Shown here piece after piece: positions 20,657 to 31,840 of a stretch of 64,000 nt of DNA. Both the position numbers and the translations under genes were made by a program. The DNA is from Candidatus Eiseniibacteriota bacterium (GTDB taxonomy: Bacteria; Eisenbacteria; RBG-16-71-46; CAIMUX01; VGJL01), in assembly GCA_963792585.1 (NCBI GenBank), contig CAWBWI010000001.1:1056001-1120000 (forward strand). The letters run 5' to 3'. The notes beneath the pieces were generated by a model that made no database searches, was not told the origin of the DNA, and saw only the letters and a list, made by a program, of their open reading frames with translations. Numbering within the stretch: the first letter of the stretch is position 1; each line of letters opens with the position of its first letter.

Positions 20657-22225
20657 ATGAACCACTGGCCGTGGGTTCTCATCACGATCTGTATCCCCCT
20701 TTCCCTGATCCTCCCTCCTTCGACGGTCTCCGCCCCTGCGCCCGAGTTCGTCTCGGCCTCCGCGCGGGAGCTCTCGGGAGACCATCTTGGAGCTGTCCAC
20801 GATTACGAGTCGTTCATCGCGCGCGCGCCGGCCGACCGTCTTGCGCCGGTCGCCGCGCTGGCGATCGCCGCGATCCAGATCTCCGGGGCAGCCGACTCGA
20901 CGGCCGGGCTCACTTGGCTCGACCGCGTATTGGCCGACTATCGGTCGAGCCCCGAGGCGCCGCGCGCCGCGCGGCAGAAGGGCGAGATCGCTGAAGCGCG
21001 CAGGAAGTGGGCGGACGCTGCGGAGGCCTATGCCGAGGCCCTCGAGCTTGGAGGAGGCGCCGGAGGAGCCGCATGGGTCAACGAGGTGGCCGGCGCGGGC
21101 GCCCGGTGCCACGAGCGCGCGGGACAGCCAATGAAGGCGCTCGAGACCTACCGCAAGCTTCTCGACGGAGATCCGCCGCCCGAGGTTGCGGCCAATGCCC
21201 ACTATCGAATCGGCGTGGTCGAGGAAGCGGCAGGAGATTCAACGGCGGCCGCCGAGAGTTACGCAAAGGTCCTCGCGGACTTCCCCTGCACCCCCTCGGC
21301 GGATCCGGTGTTCGCCAAGCGGGCGATGATCGACCGGCACGTCTCGATCGACTGGAAACCTCTCGACACCTATGCCGCCGGGACACGGATGGTCGGACAG
21401 CGGGACTGGGACGGCGCCCTGAGATCGTGCGAGGAGATTCTCGCCGGTCCCGAGGACTCCCCTCTTCATGAATGCGCCGAGTACCGCAAGATCACGATCC
21501 AGACCCTGCTTTCCGGCGACTATACGGAAGGATCCCGGCGGATGCGGGCTTTCCTGTCCGATCACGCGGGTGGGCAACGGACGGACATGGCGGAGACGAC
21601 GATCGCGCAAAGGTGGGCTCCGGCCGTGGCGTTGGAAGCGCGCGTGCGCGAGCATCCGGACGATCCGGTGGCGTTGCGGGCGCTCGGATTCTACATGCTG
21701 CAGATTCGTTCGGGCGTCAAGGCTCTCGAGATGATGGAGAAAGCCCGCGCGATCGATCCCGACAATCCCGAAACGCAGCTCGGGCTCGGCTATGCGTACT
21801 CCATGCACGGACGCTCCGAGGAGGCGGCGCGCGCATTCGACGCCTACCTGAAGGCGAACCCGGACGACATCGATTCCCTGAACATGATCGGATACAGCTA
21901 CCTTGCGATGGGCCAGGCGGAGCGGGCGATTCCCTACTTCGAACGCTATGCCTCCGTCGCCATGGACGATGCGAACGCGCACGACAGCCTGGGCGAGGGG
22001 TATTTCCGCGTGGGACGGCTCGCGGACGCCGCGCGCGAATACGAGAGGGCGGTCGCCTTGAATCCGGCGTTCTCGAACTCATTCTTCATGCTCGGTCAGG
22101 TCTACCAGCAGCTCGGCGAGGGGGCGAAGGCCGCCGCGGCCTACCGGCGCTTCCTCGACCTGAGCCCCGACGGCCCGCAGGCGGACGAGGCGCGCGCGGC
22201 GCTTCCCGCCCTGACGGCCGAGTGA
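20657..22225 (+). CDS. Exported tetratricopeptide-repeat protein
   Basis: Hydrophobic N-terminus; TPR helices such as AHDSLGEGYF..A..EYERAVALNP. Confidence 0.85.
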   Translation: MNHWPWVLITICIPLSLILPPSTVSAPAPEFVSASARELSGDHLGAVHDYESFIARAPADRLAPVAALAIAAIQISGAADSTAGLTWLDRVLADYRSSPEAPRAARQKGEIAEARRKWADAAEAYAEALELGGGAGGAAWVNEVAGAGARCHERAGQPMKALETYRKLLDGDPPPEVAANAHYRIGVVEEAAGDSTAAAESYAKVLADFPCTPSADPVFAKRAMIDRHVSIDWKPLDTYAAGTRMVGQRDWDGALRSCEEILAGPEDSPLHECAEYRKITIQTLLSGDYTEGSRRMRAFLSDHAGGQRTDMAETTIAQRWAPAVALEARVREHPDDPVALRALGFYMLQIRSGVKALEMMEKARAIDPDNPETQLGLGYAYSMHGRSEEAARAFDAYLKANPDDIDSLNMIGYSYLAMGQAERAIPYFERYASVAMDDANAHDSLGEGYFRVGRLADAAREYERAVALNPAFSNSFFMLGQVYQQLGEGAKAAAAYRRFLDLSPDGPQADEARAALPALTAE

Positions 22226-22250
22226 GCAACCCCGCCAGGAGGAAATCGGA

Positions 22251-23164
22251 ATGGAGATCGATGTCACACGACGCAGATTCTTGCGACACTCGGCCCTCTT
22301 CGGGGCGACCCTCGCGTCCGCGAGTCTGGCAGGCTCGCTCTTCCGGAGCGCCCGCGCGGACGAGGGGACGGCCGGCGTCGACTTGGCCGTGGCCAAGGGA
22401 GACTCGCCCGCGAAGAACGCGCTGGCCGCGGTTGCGGCGATCGGAGGATTCGCCAGGTTCGTCCACCCGGGTGACAAGGTCGTCATCAAGCCAAACCCGA
22501 TTGGAACCAGTCCCCCGGACCGTGCGCTGAACACGCATCCCGAGATGATCGAGGCGGTGATCCGCGAGTGCTTCCGCGCCGGGGCGCGGGAAGTCGTGGC
22601 GATCAGCCATGACGAACCCCGATCGATGGAGACCAACGGAACCAGCGGCGCCGTAGAGAGGGCGGCGGGGTGCTGCGGGCGCTGGGCACGATGGACCAAT
22701 TCCGAGAGGTCTTGGTGCCGCGCGGTCGCCTCCTCCGGCAAGTCCACATCGCCGCCGATATCATCGATGCCGACGTCTTCATCAACATGCCGATCGCCAA
22801 GCACCACGCCGGATCGCAGGTCACCGGCGCGATGAAGAATCTCATGGGGGTCAACTGGGATCGGAACTACTTCCATGCAACCGACCTCCAAAGGTGCATC
22901 GGGGAGCTCGCGACCGCGATCCCCCACTCGCTCGTCATCATGGATGCGAACCACGTGCTGCTCACGAACGGACCTTCGGGTCCGGGTGAGGTCCTGCGCG
23001 CGCGGCAGGTCATCGCCTCGGTCGATCCGGTCGCCGTCGACGCGTACGCGACGCGCTTCTTCGGCTTGGAGGCCGGGGAGGTCGGCCACATCCAGACCGC
23101 GTACGATCTCGGCGTCGGGGAGATCGACCTCGCGAAGCTGCGCGTTCAGGAAGTGGAGGTCTAG
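22251..23164 (+). CDS. DUF362-domain protein with Tat leader, indel near 22665
   Basis: TRRRFL leader; GDKVVIKPN, INMPIAKHH, TGAMKNLMG, DPVAVDAY. Confidence 0.85.
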
Positions 23165-23235
23165 AGGAGGGCGTTCGAACTCCGGGACGTCGGGTCTGGT
23201 AGCATGTGTAGGGGCCGCAGGGTGGAGGGGAAGCC

Positions 23236-26014
23236 GTGGACGTCCACAAGCTCGATTCGATCTTCAAGCCGCAGCGCATCGTCCTCTTCGGGGCAAGCGA
23301 GAATCCGAAGAGCGTCGGCTGCACGGTTCTTCGCAATCTCGTGGGCGCCGGTTTCCGGGGCGTCGTCTATCCGGTCCACCCGACGATCGAGGCGGTCCTC
23401 GGGATCCAGACCTACCCCGACGTCGCCGGACTCCCCCGCCGCCCCGACCTGGCCGTGATTTGCACCGCCGCCGGGCAGGTCCCCGGCATCGTCCGCGCGT
23501 GCGGCGAGGCGGGAATCCTCGGAATCGTGATCATCTCGGCCGGCTTCCGCGAGGTGGGTGAAGGGGGTCGGGCCCTCGAGGAAGCGGTCCGGACCGAGCA
23601 GCGGCGATTCGACGGCATGCGCATCATCGGCCCCAACTGCCTCGGAATCATCGTACCAGGGCTCATGCTGAACGCGAGCTTCGCCATCGGAACTCCCAAA
23701 GCCAGGCCATGTCGCGTTCATCTCGCAGTCGGGCGCGCTGTGCACCTCGGTGCTCGACTGGGCCATCGAGGAGAACATCGGCTTCTCCTACTTCGTGTCG
23801 ATCGGCAACATGCTCGACGTGGATTTCGGGGACCTGATCGACTACTTCGGCGAGGACGAACGGACCCGGTCGATCATCCTCTACATCGAGTCGCTCAACG
23901 ACGCGCGCAACTTCATGACCGCGACCCGCGCCTTCGCCCGGCACCAAGCCGATCGTCGCCTACAAGGCGGGACGCTTCGCCGAGTCGGCCCAGGCGGCCG
24001 CCTCGCACACCGGCGCGATGGCCGGCGAGGACGCCGTCTACGAGGCGGCTTTCGAGCGCGCGGGCATCGCCCGGGTCTTCGAGATCGGCGACATCTTCGA
24101 CTGCGCCGAGCTGGTCGCCCGCCACCAGCCGCCGCGCGGGGCGCGCCTGGCCATCGTCACCAACGCCGGCGGCCCGGGCGTGATGGCGACCGACGCGCTG
24201 ATCGCCCGCAAGGGGCGACTCGCGACCCTATCGCCGGCGACGATCGAGCAACTGAACGAGGCGCTGCCGCCCTCCTGGTCGCACGGCAATCCGGTCGACG
24301 TGCTCGGCGACGCGCGACCCGAAGCGCTTCGCGAAGGCGATCGAGATCGTGCTCGCCGACCCCGGCGTCGACGCGGTGCTCGTGATCCTCACGCCGCAGG
24401 CGATGACCAATCCGACCGTCGACGGCGAAGGCCGTGGGCGAGCTCGCGGCGGGCGCGTCCAAGCCGATCCTCGCCGCCTGGCTCGGGCGGCAAGAGCATG
24501 CGCGAGGGGATCGCCCTGCTGAACCAGGCCGGCATCGCGACCTACTCGACGCCGGAGCAGGCGGTGCGCGCCTTCATGACACTGGTGGCCTACGCGCGCA
24601 ACCTCGAGATGCTCTACGAGACGCCGCGCGACATCCCGGTCGCTCTTCACCCTCGACCGGCAGGAGATCCGGCGCGTCTTCGCTCGAGTTGCTCCCCAAG
24701 GAAGGCGACATCCTTCCGCGAATCCGTCTCCAAGGCGCTGCTCGACGCCTACGGCATCCCGGTCACCACGCCCGCGGGGCGCGCGATCCGCCGACGAGGC
24801 CGTCGACGCTCGCCGCCGAGAGTCGGCTATCCGGTCGTGCTGAAGATCCTCTCGCCCGACATCACCCACAAGACCGACGTCGGCGGGCGTCGCGCTCGAA
24901 CCTCGAGCGACGAGGCGGCGGTGCGGGACGCGTTCGAGCGAATCGTCACGACAGGCGCGCCGCGCAGCGACCCGACGCGCGCATCGACGGCGTCACCGTG
25001 CAGCGGATGGTCCGACGCGCGAGACGGCTTCGAGCTGATCCTCGGCGCGAAGAAGGACCCGATCTTCGGCACGGTGATCATGGTCGGCATGGGCGGCGTC
25101 GCGGCCGAGGTGTTCGGCGACCGGGCCCTCGGCTTGCCGCCGCTCAACGAGCGGCTGGCGCGCCGCATGCTCGAGTCGCTCGCAGTCGTGGCCGCTGCTG
25201 CAGGGTTACCGCGGCCGCCCGGGGTCAACATCGACCGGCTGATCGAGATCCTGATGCGCTTCTCGCTACCTCGTGGCCGACTACCCCGAGATCCGGGAGC
25301 TCGACGTCAATCCGCTGCTCGTCACGCCGGAGGACGTGAGTCGCCCTCGACGCCCGGGTCGTCGTCGACCGCGAGATCCTCGCGCGCGGTGCGCGGCCCT
25401 ACGCGCACCTGGCGCTCCGCCCGTATCCCGAGGAATACGTGACCGAGCTCGCGTTGAAGGACGGGACGGCGGTCGGACTGCGTCCGATCAAGCCCGAGGA
25501 CGAGCCGACTGTGGACGGAGCATGCTCTCCCGCTGCTCCCCGGAGACGATCTACGCCCGCTTCCGCTCCCTCTTCCAGTGGAGCACGCACGAGATCGCCA
25601 CCCGCTACTGCTTCATCGACTACGATCGCGAGATCGCGATCGTGGCCGAGGTGGAGGAGGGCGGCGTGCGCAAGCTCGCTCGGCGTCGGGCGGCTGGTCG
25701 CCGATCCGGACCACGAGACGGTCGAGTACGCGGTGCTCGTCGCCGATGCCTGGCAGAATCGCGGGCTCGGCGGGCTCCTCACCGACTACTGCTGCGAGAT
25801 CGCGAAGCACTGGGGCCTGAAGCGGATCGTGGCCGAGACCGCGCCGGACAACGCGCGGATGCTGGCCCTCTTCCGCAATCGCGGCTTCGAGATGAAGCAT
25901 GACGCCGAGGGGGACGTCGTCGAGGTCGAGAAGGAGCTGCCCGAGGCGGAAGCCTCGTCGGGCAGCCGATCGTTGAACGTCGGCCGGGACGGTGGTATTC
26001 TTGGCCCGGGTTGA
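23236..26014 (+). CDS. Acetate-CoA ligase-like plus GNAT protein (Pat/PatZ-type lysine acetyltransferase), multiply frameshifted
   Basis: [43 protein letters not shown]-terminal GNAT WQNRGLG. Confidence 0.88.
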
Positions 26015-26053
26015 TTCCACGATGCGCTTGGGTTGGGGGCAGAGGGAGGGAAT

Positions 26054-26618
26054 GTGAGCTACGCATCGATCGGCCGCCTGCGCGGCCAGGCGGTATTCTT
26101 CTTGTTGGCCGCATGGCTCGGCGCCGGCTGTGGTGGGGACTCAGGCCCCGACAGCCCTTCCGTCGTCCGCCATCCTCAGGACTTCCTCCCCCAGCAAGTC
26201 GGAAACATGATCCCGGCGGGGACCGCGCGAACCGCGACGACCGCGACCGAGCTGCAGGAGATCATCGACGGGGGCTACTCGACCTATACGAAACACGCCT
26301 TTCGCGAATTCGTGCAGCAAACCTATCAGGGCACGGTCGGGGGCACGGAGGCGGTCGTGGTCGTGTGGATCTTCGAGGTCGCGACTTCGGACGACGCCCA
26401 CGCCCTGCATTTGGATGAGGACGTTCGAGACCGGCAATTGCCAGGACCTGACGGGAATCGGCCAGGAAGAACGCCTGTGCCTCGGGCTCGGAAACAAAAC
26501 CCTGCAGATCCGCCGGGAGCAGTACTGGACCAGGATCACGATCGATGAAAGTTCCGCGGATGCCGAGGAGCTCCTGAAGCTCTTCGCCGCCCACGTCGAC
26601 CAGAAGATCACCGAGTAG
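26054..26618 (+). CDS. DUF6599-like lipoprotein, indel near 26430
   Basis: Lipobox LGAGC; ELQEIIDGGYSTY..HAF motif shared with 31841..32458. Confidence 0.65.
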
Positions 26619-26626
26619 GCCGATCA

Positions 26627-27556
26627 ATGGACCGGCGCCGGTTCCTGTGGTCGAGCCTTGGCCTTGTCGGGGCGAGAATCATCTATCCACGCACCGCACG
26701 CGCCGCCGACGAGATCGGGGCCGGCTCGTCGGACGACGGTTTTCCGGACATCGTGCGGGTCAAGGGGGAGGCGCGCGCGGCCACCCGCCGGGCGATCGAT
26801 GCCATCGGGGGCATGGAGCGCTTCGTGAAGCCCGGCCAGGTCGTCCTCGTCAAGCCCAACGCGGGATTCGACAGTCCGCCCGAGTGGGGCGCCAGCACGC
26901 ATCCAGAGGTGCTCGCCGGCGTGCTCGACGCGTGCATCGCCGCGCAGGCGCGCCGGATTCTCGTGGTCGACCACACGTTGGCCCCGTCTCAACGCTGCTT
27001 CCAGCGCACGGGACTGAATCGAGCGGTCGCCGACTATCCGACGGTTAAACTGGTCGCATTGGACGATCCGAAAACGTATGTCGAAACGCCGATCCCCCTC
27101 GGTCAGGCCCTGAAGACCACACAGGTCGCCGCCGTGGTCGGCAAGGTGGACGTCTTCATCAACGTCCCGACGGCGAAGGCCCACTCCGCGACCGAGGTGA
27201 GCCTCGGGCTCAAGAACCTGATGGGCCTGGTGTGGGATCGACATGTCTTCCATCAGGGGATGGATCTTCACGTCGGGATTGCCGATCTCGCGACGGTTCT
27301 GCGCCCCCACCTCACGATCCTGGATGCGATCCACATCCTGAAGACGGGAGGCCCTACCGGCCCCGGCGAAGTGGAGGAAGCGAACGTCGTCATTGCGGGC
27401 GTCGATCCCGTGGCCGTCGATGCGGTCGGCGTCGGTCTTTCGACCTGGAATCGAGAGACGCTCACGCCCGATGCAGTTGGATACATCCGGCATGCGGCCG
27501 CCCGCGGCCTGGGATCGATGCGCTTGGATACACTGCGGATCGTGGACCTCACCTAG
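26627..27556 (+). CDS. DUF362-domain protein with Tat leader
   Basis: DRRRFL leader; GQVVLVKPN, INVPTAKAH, LGLKNLMG, DPVAVDA. Confidence 0.9.
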   Translation: MDRRRFLWSSLGLVGARIIYPRTARAADEIGAGSSDDGFPDIVRVKGEARAATRRAIDAIGGMERFVKPGQVVLVKPNAGFDSPPEWGASTHPEVLAGVLDACIAAQARRILVVDHTLAPSQRCFQRTGLNRAVADYPTVKLVALDDPKTYVETPIPLGQALKTTQVAAVVGKVDVFINVPTAKAHSATEVSLGLKNLMGLVWDRHVFHQGMDLHVGIADLATVLRPHLTILDAIHILKTGGPTGPGEVEEANVVIAGVDPVAVDAVGVGLSTWNRETLTPDAVGYIRHAAARGLGSMRLDTLRIVDLT

Positions 27557-27563
27557 GATCGCA

Positions 27564-30500
27564 ATGGGTCGCCTGATCGAGGCCGCCCTTCATCTCCTGC
27601 TCCTGACTGCGGGCGGCGTGGGTGAAGCGGCCCATGCCGCTGCGGCCCCTGAGCCCTTCGCCGCGACCCGCGCCGAGGATCTTCGTCCCCGGATCGCCCT
27701 GTCCGATGGTCGGCTTTTGTTGCTCACCCCGGAGGCCCTCTACCGATTCCAGCCGGAATCCGAGGCTTGGACGGTGACGACGTCAGCGGATCATCTGCCC
27801 GAACCTCCCCTGGTCAACCTCTCGGCAACGTCCAAGAGCATCTGGATCGCGGGGACGGGCGCCGCCTTCTCGGATCCCCGGTACGACGACTGGCAGGGGT
27901 ACTCGACTGCCGACGGCCTCCCCGGCCGGGAGGTCTTGAGCGTCGAAACCGACGATGATTACGCATACGCCGCTACGGATGCGGGCGCCGGACGATTCGA
28001 CATGTACACGCTCGAGTGGGAGGCGCTGACCACCGCCTCCGGCGAGCGCCTCGGGGCGATCTCCGACGTTGCGCTGGGTGAGGACCGCGTCTGGTTCGCG
28101 CTCGCCTTCGGGGTCGCCGAGTACCAGAAGGACACCGAGACGTGGCGGGTCGACCGCCAGCTCGGCCAGATCACGGCACCTCGCGTCCTGGCGCTTCGTC
28201 AAACCACCCGATTCCTCTGGGCCCTCACGGAGACGGGACTCGCCCGCTACGAAAAGTCGCTCCGGACTTGGACGAGCTACCCGGTCGGCACCGATCTACC
28301 GGATGCCCGCGTGCGCCAGTTCACGCTGCAGGGTGACGATGTCTGGTTGGGCACAGACGCGGGCCTCTGGCGCTACGGCACGGAGACGGGGATGTGGCGC
28401 CGCGACGAGTCGTCGACCACGATGCCCGGCTCTTCCGTCCTCGCATTCGCTCTCGAAACCGGCCGCATCTGGGTTGCGACCGAATCTGCATTTGCTCAGT
28501 ACGACCTGGAAGCCTCCCGCTGGACCGAGTTCACGGCCGGCGTGTCCGTGCCCCCCTCGGAGGCCGTCGCGATCACCCGGGCCGGCGACATCCTGATGAT
28601 CCTCGGATCGAACGGGATTGCCTACGGCCTGGCGCAGGGGCACACGAATCCGAATCTCTTCACCTGGAGGAGCCGCCCCGTGCTCCGCGCGCGGACGGCC
28701 CGAGCGGAGACGCGTGGGTGGCACACGGTCCTCGATGAGAGTGGACTGGGTCTCGCCTCCGATTCCGGAGAGGCCGTAACGGTCAAGGGTGGCGCGACCG
28801 TCTACATCGACAACGGCGCCGGACACATCGGCAGCGGAATCGGCGCGCTTCACAGCGACACCCGCTACGATCTCACGCTCAACGGTCGTCTCGACAAGGA
28901 GCGCACGTTGAGCGGGTTCTACAACTCGACGGACCCGGAAAACTCCGCCTACCAGTTGACGTTCCGCGGCGCCAGGTCGGATGCCCTGAGATCCCTCAGC
29001 CTCGGAGAGATCGAGGTCCAACCTTACAACGCCAGGCTCACACCCGGAACGGGGCTCAAGGGCGGGCAGATCCGCCTGGAGAAGGGGGAGCGCTCCGAGG
29101 AAACGCATCGGCGCCTCGTCACCGTCGATGGTTGGGTGGGGCGACGCCGCACCCTCCCGGGTCGGGACACCTTCGTCGGGGGCAGTTCCCAGGTGGAGGG
29201 CGAGGTTCGGGACGTCGACTACGTGAAGGGTCAGGTCTTCCCCATTCCGGACGGATGGTCAGCGACCGACCTCGCGAGCGCCCTCCTGTACGTCGACGAC
29301 GGAGACCCAGCCACGGACGATGCGAACACGCGCCATGGTGAGATCGCCGGTCGCCCAGGCGATTGGGATCTGCTGAAACGGAATCGAGACTACGTTCTCG
29401 GACCGAGCGGACGGTCATTGATCCTGAACGAGCCGCTTCACGCGGGACAGGCGCTTGCCGTCGCCGGCAGGGACCTACCGGAGTTGCAGGCGGACCTGAC
29501 CCATCTGCCCCTGCGAAATCACTACGCAATCGGGGGCGAGCCCGTGGCAGGTTCGATGCGCCTGGCAATCATCGACCGAGAGGGATCCGATCGGGACGAG
29601 ACCGGGGACACCTACCTGCACCGCTTCGGCCTGGATCCCGCAGGGAACGGTCAGATCGCGCCGGAGCGTATCAGCGCGATTACCGGCCTGTTGAGCTTCC
29701 CCGACACCCTCCCCTTTCCGTCCGAGGTCTATGGAACTGACCCCGTTCACCTCTACACGATCCAGTTCGCCTATCGCGCGTCGGTCCACACGTTTCGCCT
29801 GAGCCACGCGAACGTCGTCCCCGGCTCGGAGCGGATCACGGTGGACCGGGAACCGCTCCGGCCGGATATCGACTACTCGATCATTCCGTCCTCGGGGCTG
29901 TTCATCTTCTTCGAGACCGTCCTGCTCGACGAAGACAGCGCCATCGAGATCCGCTACGAGTACGAGACCGAGGGCGGGCCAGACGAGCCGATCGTCTCCG
30001 CCGGCCAGGTCGGCCTCGCGCCGACGGACCACCTCTTCGTCGGGGCCAACGTCATACGATCCGGAAGCGGGAGCGAAGGGACGACGACCGCCGACGTGAG
30101 CAGCCGTCTGGAGTGGAAGAACGAGAGTCACTTCCTCCGGCTCGTGCCGGAACTCGCCTGGAGCCGTGAGGATCGCGAGTCCGTGTCGGGGTCGGCGAGC
30201 GGGATCGCGATGCAGGGGCGCTTCCGCAAGCTCGAAGTCGCCGCCTCCCAGCGATCTCTCGGAAAGACGTTTACCTCGTTCGAGGACCGAAGCACGATTG
30301 CCGGCCGTTTGCGCGAGGAGGCGAACGGATGGGGTCGTGTCGACCTCGGACATGATCTTCAGGCGGAGGTGGATTGGCGGCGGGCGCTCTCCGATTCCCC
30401 TGGAGGAGCGGGGGTTCGAGCCCTGGGAGAGGAGTCCTCCCTCTCCGGAAAGGTCCGGCTCCTCCGGGGAGGATTGCCGAATCTGGAAGTCCGTCGTGGG

Positions 30501-31742
30501 CGCGTCCTCCTGGACGCGGAGGATGCGCGAAGCGAGAAGTGGATCACACGCGCCGACCTCGAGATCAGCCCCGATCAGGCCGGGTTTGCGCCCCTGGGCA
30601 TCCGGCGGCTCTGGCTGAGAACCTTCTTTCAGCGCAGCGATCGTCGCTACGACGCCACAGGCGGCGTCCCGACCGACTCCACCCGGGACAGGGTCACGGA
30701 TCATGCATTCGCGCGGCTCAACGGATCGGTGGGCTCTCCCCTGTCCTGGAACATCGCCTTCGAGGATCGATCGACGAAGCAGTCCAGAGACCAGGGGAAC
30801 GCCCGGCTCCGGCGATTCCAGAAGCTGGACGCCAGCCTTCAGTCGCAACCACATCCAAGTGTGGACACGTTCCTGCGATGGGAGGCGGATCGAGATCTCG
30901 CTTGGATCCCCTCCGGGGGAAACGGAGGCTTCCGCACGCGGCGCCTCTTCCAGTCGACCTCCTACCTCTACCCGGGTCGGATCACCACGCGTCTCGCCCC
31001 TCTCTCCTTTCGGCTCGATCTGAGCCGGGATGGTTCGGCGGACGGCGAGCCGGGAATCCGAATGCCGGGAGCGAGCAGCCTCTGGAGCGAACCCGCGCGG
31101 AACTCGCGCCGGCAGAATCTCCACAATCGGATCGTCGAAGGTCGGCTCCAGATCACGCCGGCCCTGCGCATCGTCGAGAGGTGGGAAGACGAGGCATCGC
31201 GATTCGACCGCGAGGGGCTTGCCAACGACTCCGACGGCCGTCGGCTGGAGCACCGCTTCGAGCTTCGCATTTCCGGCGGCTGGATCAACCTGAGGGCGAT
31301 CACGGGTCGATCCAGCGGAGATGATCTGCCCACCACGAGGCAGGAGCGGCTCTTCGGCGAGTGGGAGCAGACGTGGCGCGGCGGATGGCTCACCTATCTC
31401 GCTCTCGACGGCGAACGATCTTGGGATCGCGATCGGGCGGTGGAGGCGCGCAGCCAGGCTTTCGGCCCGCAGGCCCGCCTGACCTGGCGCCAAGCGCGGT
31501 GGCAAACGGATGCGGGCTTGGGCGCCTCGCTCGACTGGACCCGCACGTGGGATGCGTCCGTCGGCGCCACCAGTCCGTGGTCGGAAAGCCGAAGACAAAC
31601 GTTGACCACAACGCTTAGCCTGCAACCCTTCAAGCTCTTCTCGATCAAGGCCCTCTACGAACTGAACCGCTCCCGGAGCCCCTCCGGGGCGAACTGGCGC
31701 GCGGGACAGAACCTGCGCATCCGGCTCCTCGTCCGGACGTGA
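27564..31742 (+). CDS. Large outer-membrane protein: N-terminal beta-propeller repeats, SprA-like motifs and C-terminal beta-barrel
   Basis: Signal peptide MGRLIEAAL..AAHA; propeller repeats (VWLGTDAGL, DGLP); SprA-like RDYVLGPSGRSLILN, LRNHY, YLHRFGLD, GLLSFPDTLPF, SERITVD..DY..G; alternating amphipathic strands to the C-terminus. Confidence 0.75.
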   Translation: MGRLIEAALHLLLLTAGGVGEAAHAAAAPEPFAATRAEDLRPRIALSDGRLLLLTPEALYRFQPESEAWTVTTSADHLPEPPLVNLSATSKSIWIAGTGAAFSDPRYDDWQGYSTADGLPGREVLSVETDDDYAYAATDAGAGRFDMYTLEWEALTTASGERLGAISDVALGEDRVWFALAFGVAEYQKDTETWRVDRQLGQITAPRVLALRQTTRFLWALTETGLARYEKSLRTWTSYPVGTDLPDARVRQFTLQGDDVWLGTDAGLWRYGTETGMWRRDESSTTMPGSSVLAFALETGRIWVATESAFAQYDLEASRWTEFTAGVSVPPSEAVAITRAGDILMILGSNGIAYGLAQGHTNPNLFTWRSRPVLRARTARAETRGWHTVLDESGLGLASDSGEAVTVKGGATVYIDNGAGHIGSGIGALHSDTRYDLTLNGRLDKERTLSGFYNSTDPENSAYQLTFRGARSDALRSLSLGEIEVQPYNARLTPGTGLKGGQIRLEKGERSEETHRRLVTVDGWVGRRRTLPGRDTFVGGSSQVEGEVRDVDYVKGQVFPIPDGWSATDLASALLYVDDGDPATDDANTRHGEIAGRPGDWDLLKRNRDYVLGPSGRSLILNEPLHAGQALAVAGRDLPELQADLTHLPLRNHYAIGGEPVAGSMRLAIIDREGSDRDETGDTYLHRFGLDPAGNGQIAPERISAITGLLSFPDTLPFPSEVYGTDPVHLYTIQFAYRASVHTFRLSHANVVPGSERITVDREPLRPDIDYSIIPSSGLFIFFETVLLDEDSAIEIRYEYETEGGPDEPIVSAGQVGLAPTDHLFVGANVIRSGSGSEGTTTADVSSRLEWKNESHFLRLVPELAWSREDRESVSGSASGIAMQGRFRKLEVAASQRSLGKTFTSFEDRSTIAGRLREEANGWGRVDLGHDLQAEVDWRRALSDSPGGAGVRALGEESSLSGKVRLLRGGLPNLEVRRGRVLLDAEDARSEKWITRADLEISPDQAGFAPLGIRRLWLRTFFQRSDRRYDATGGVPTDSTRDRVTDHAFARLNGSVGSPLSWNIAFEDRSTKQSRDQGNARLRRFQKLDASLQSQPHPSVDTFLRWEADRDLAWIPSGGNGGFRTRRLFQSTSYLYPGRITTRLAPLSFRLDLSRDGSADGEPGIRMPGASSLWSEPARNSRRQNLHNRIVEGRLQITPALRIVERWEDEASRFDREGLANDSDGRRLEHRFELRISGGWINLRAITGRSSGDDLPTTRQERLFGEWEQTWRGGWLTYLALDGERSWDRDRAVEARSQAFGPQARLTWRQARWQTDAGLGASLDWTRTWDASVGATSPWSESRRQTLTTTLSLQPFKLFSIKALYELNRSRSPSGANWRAGQNLRIRLLVRT

Positions 31743-31840
31743 CCATCGGGTCATCATCGTGGGTGCGCGCCCTTGTGAAATCAGGTACAATTGTCCCACG
31801 TGTGTTGTCGATCCGTGATCCTTCACATCGGGAGGGCTGT

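Noticed and set aside
15942..26014. Programmed frameshifting or true pseudogenes in gdhA, the PEP-binding gene and the Pat gene
   Set aside because: Many scattered indels without slippery-site patterns, with otherwise intact motifs, fit sequencing error better.
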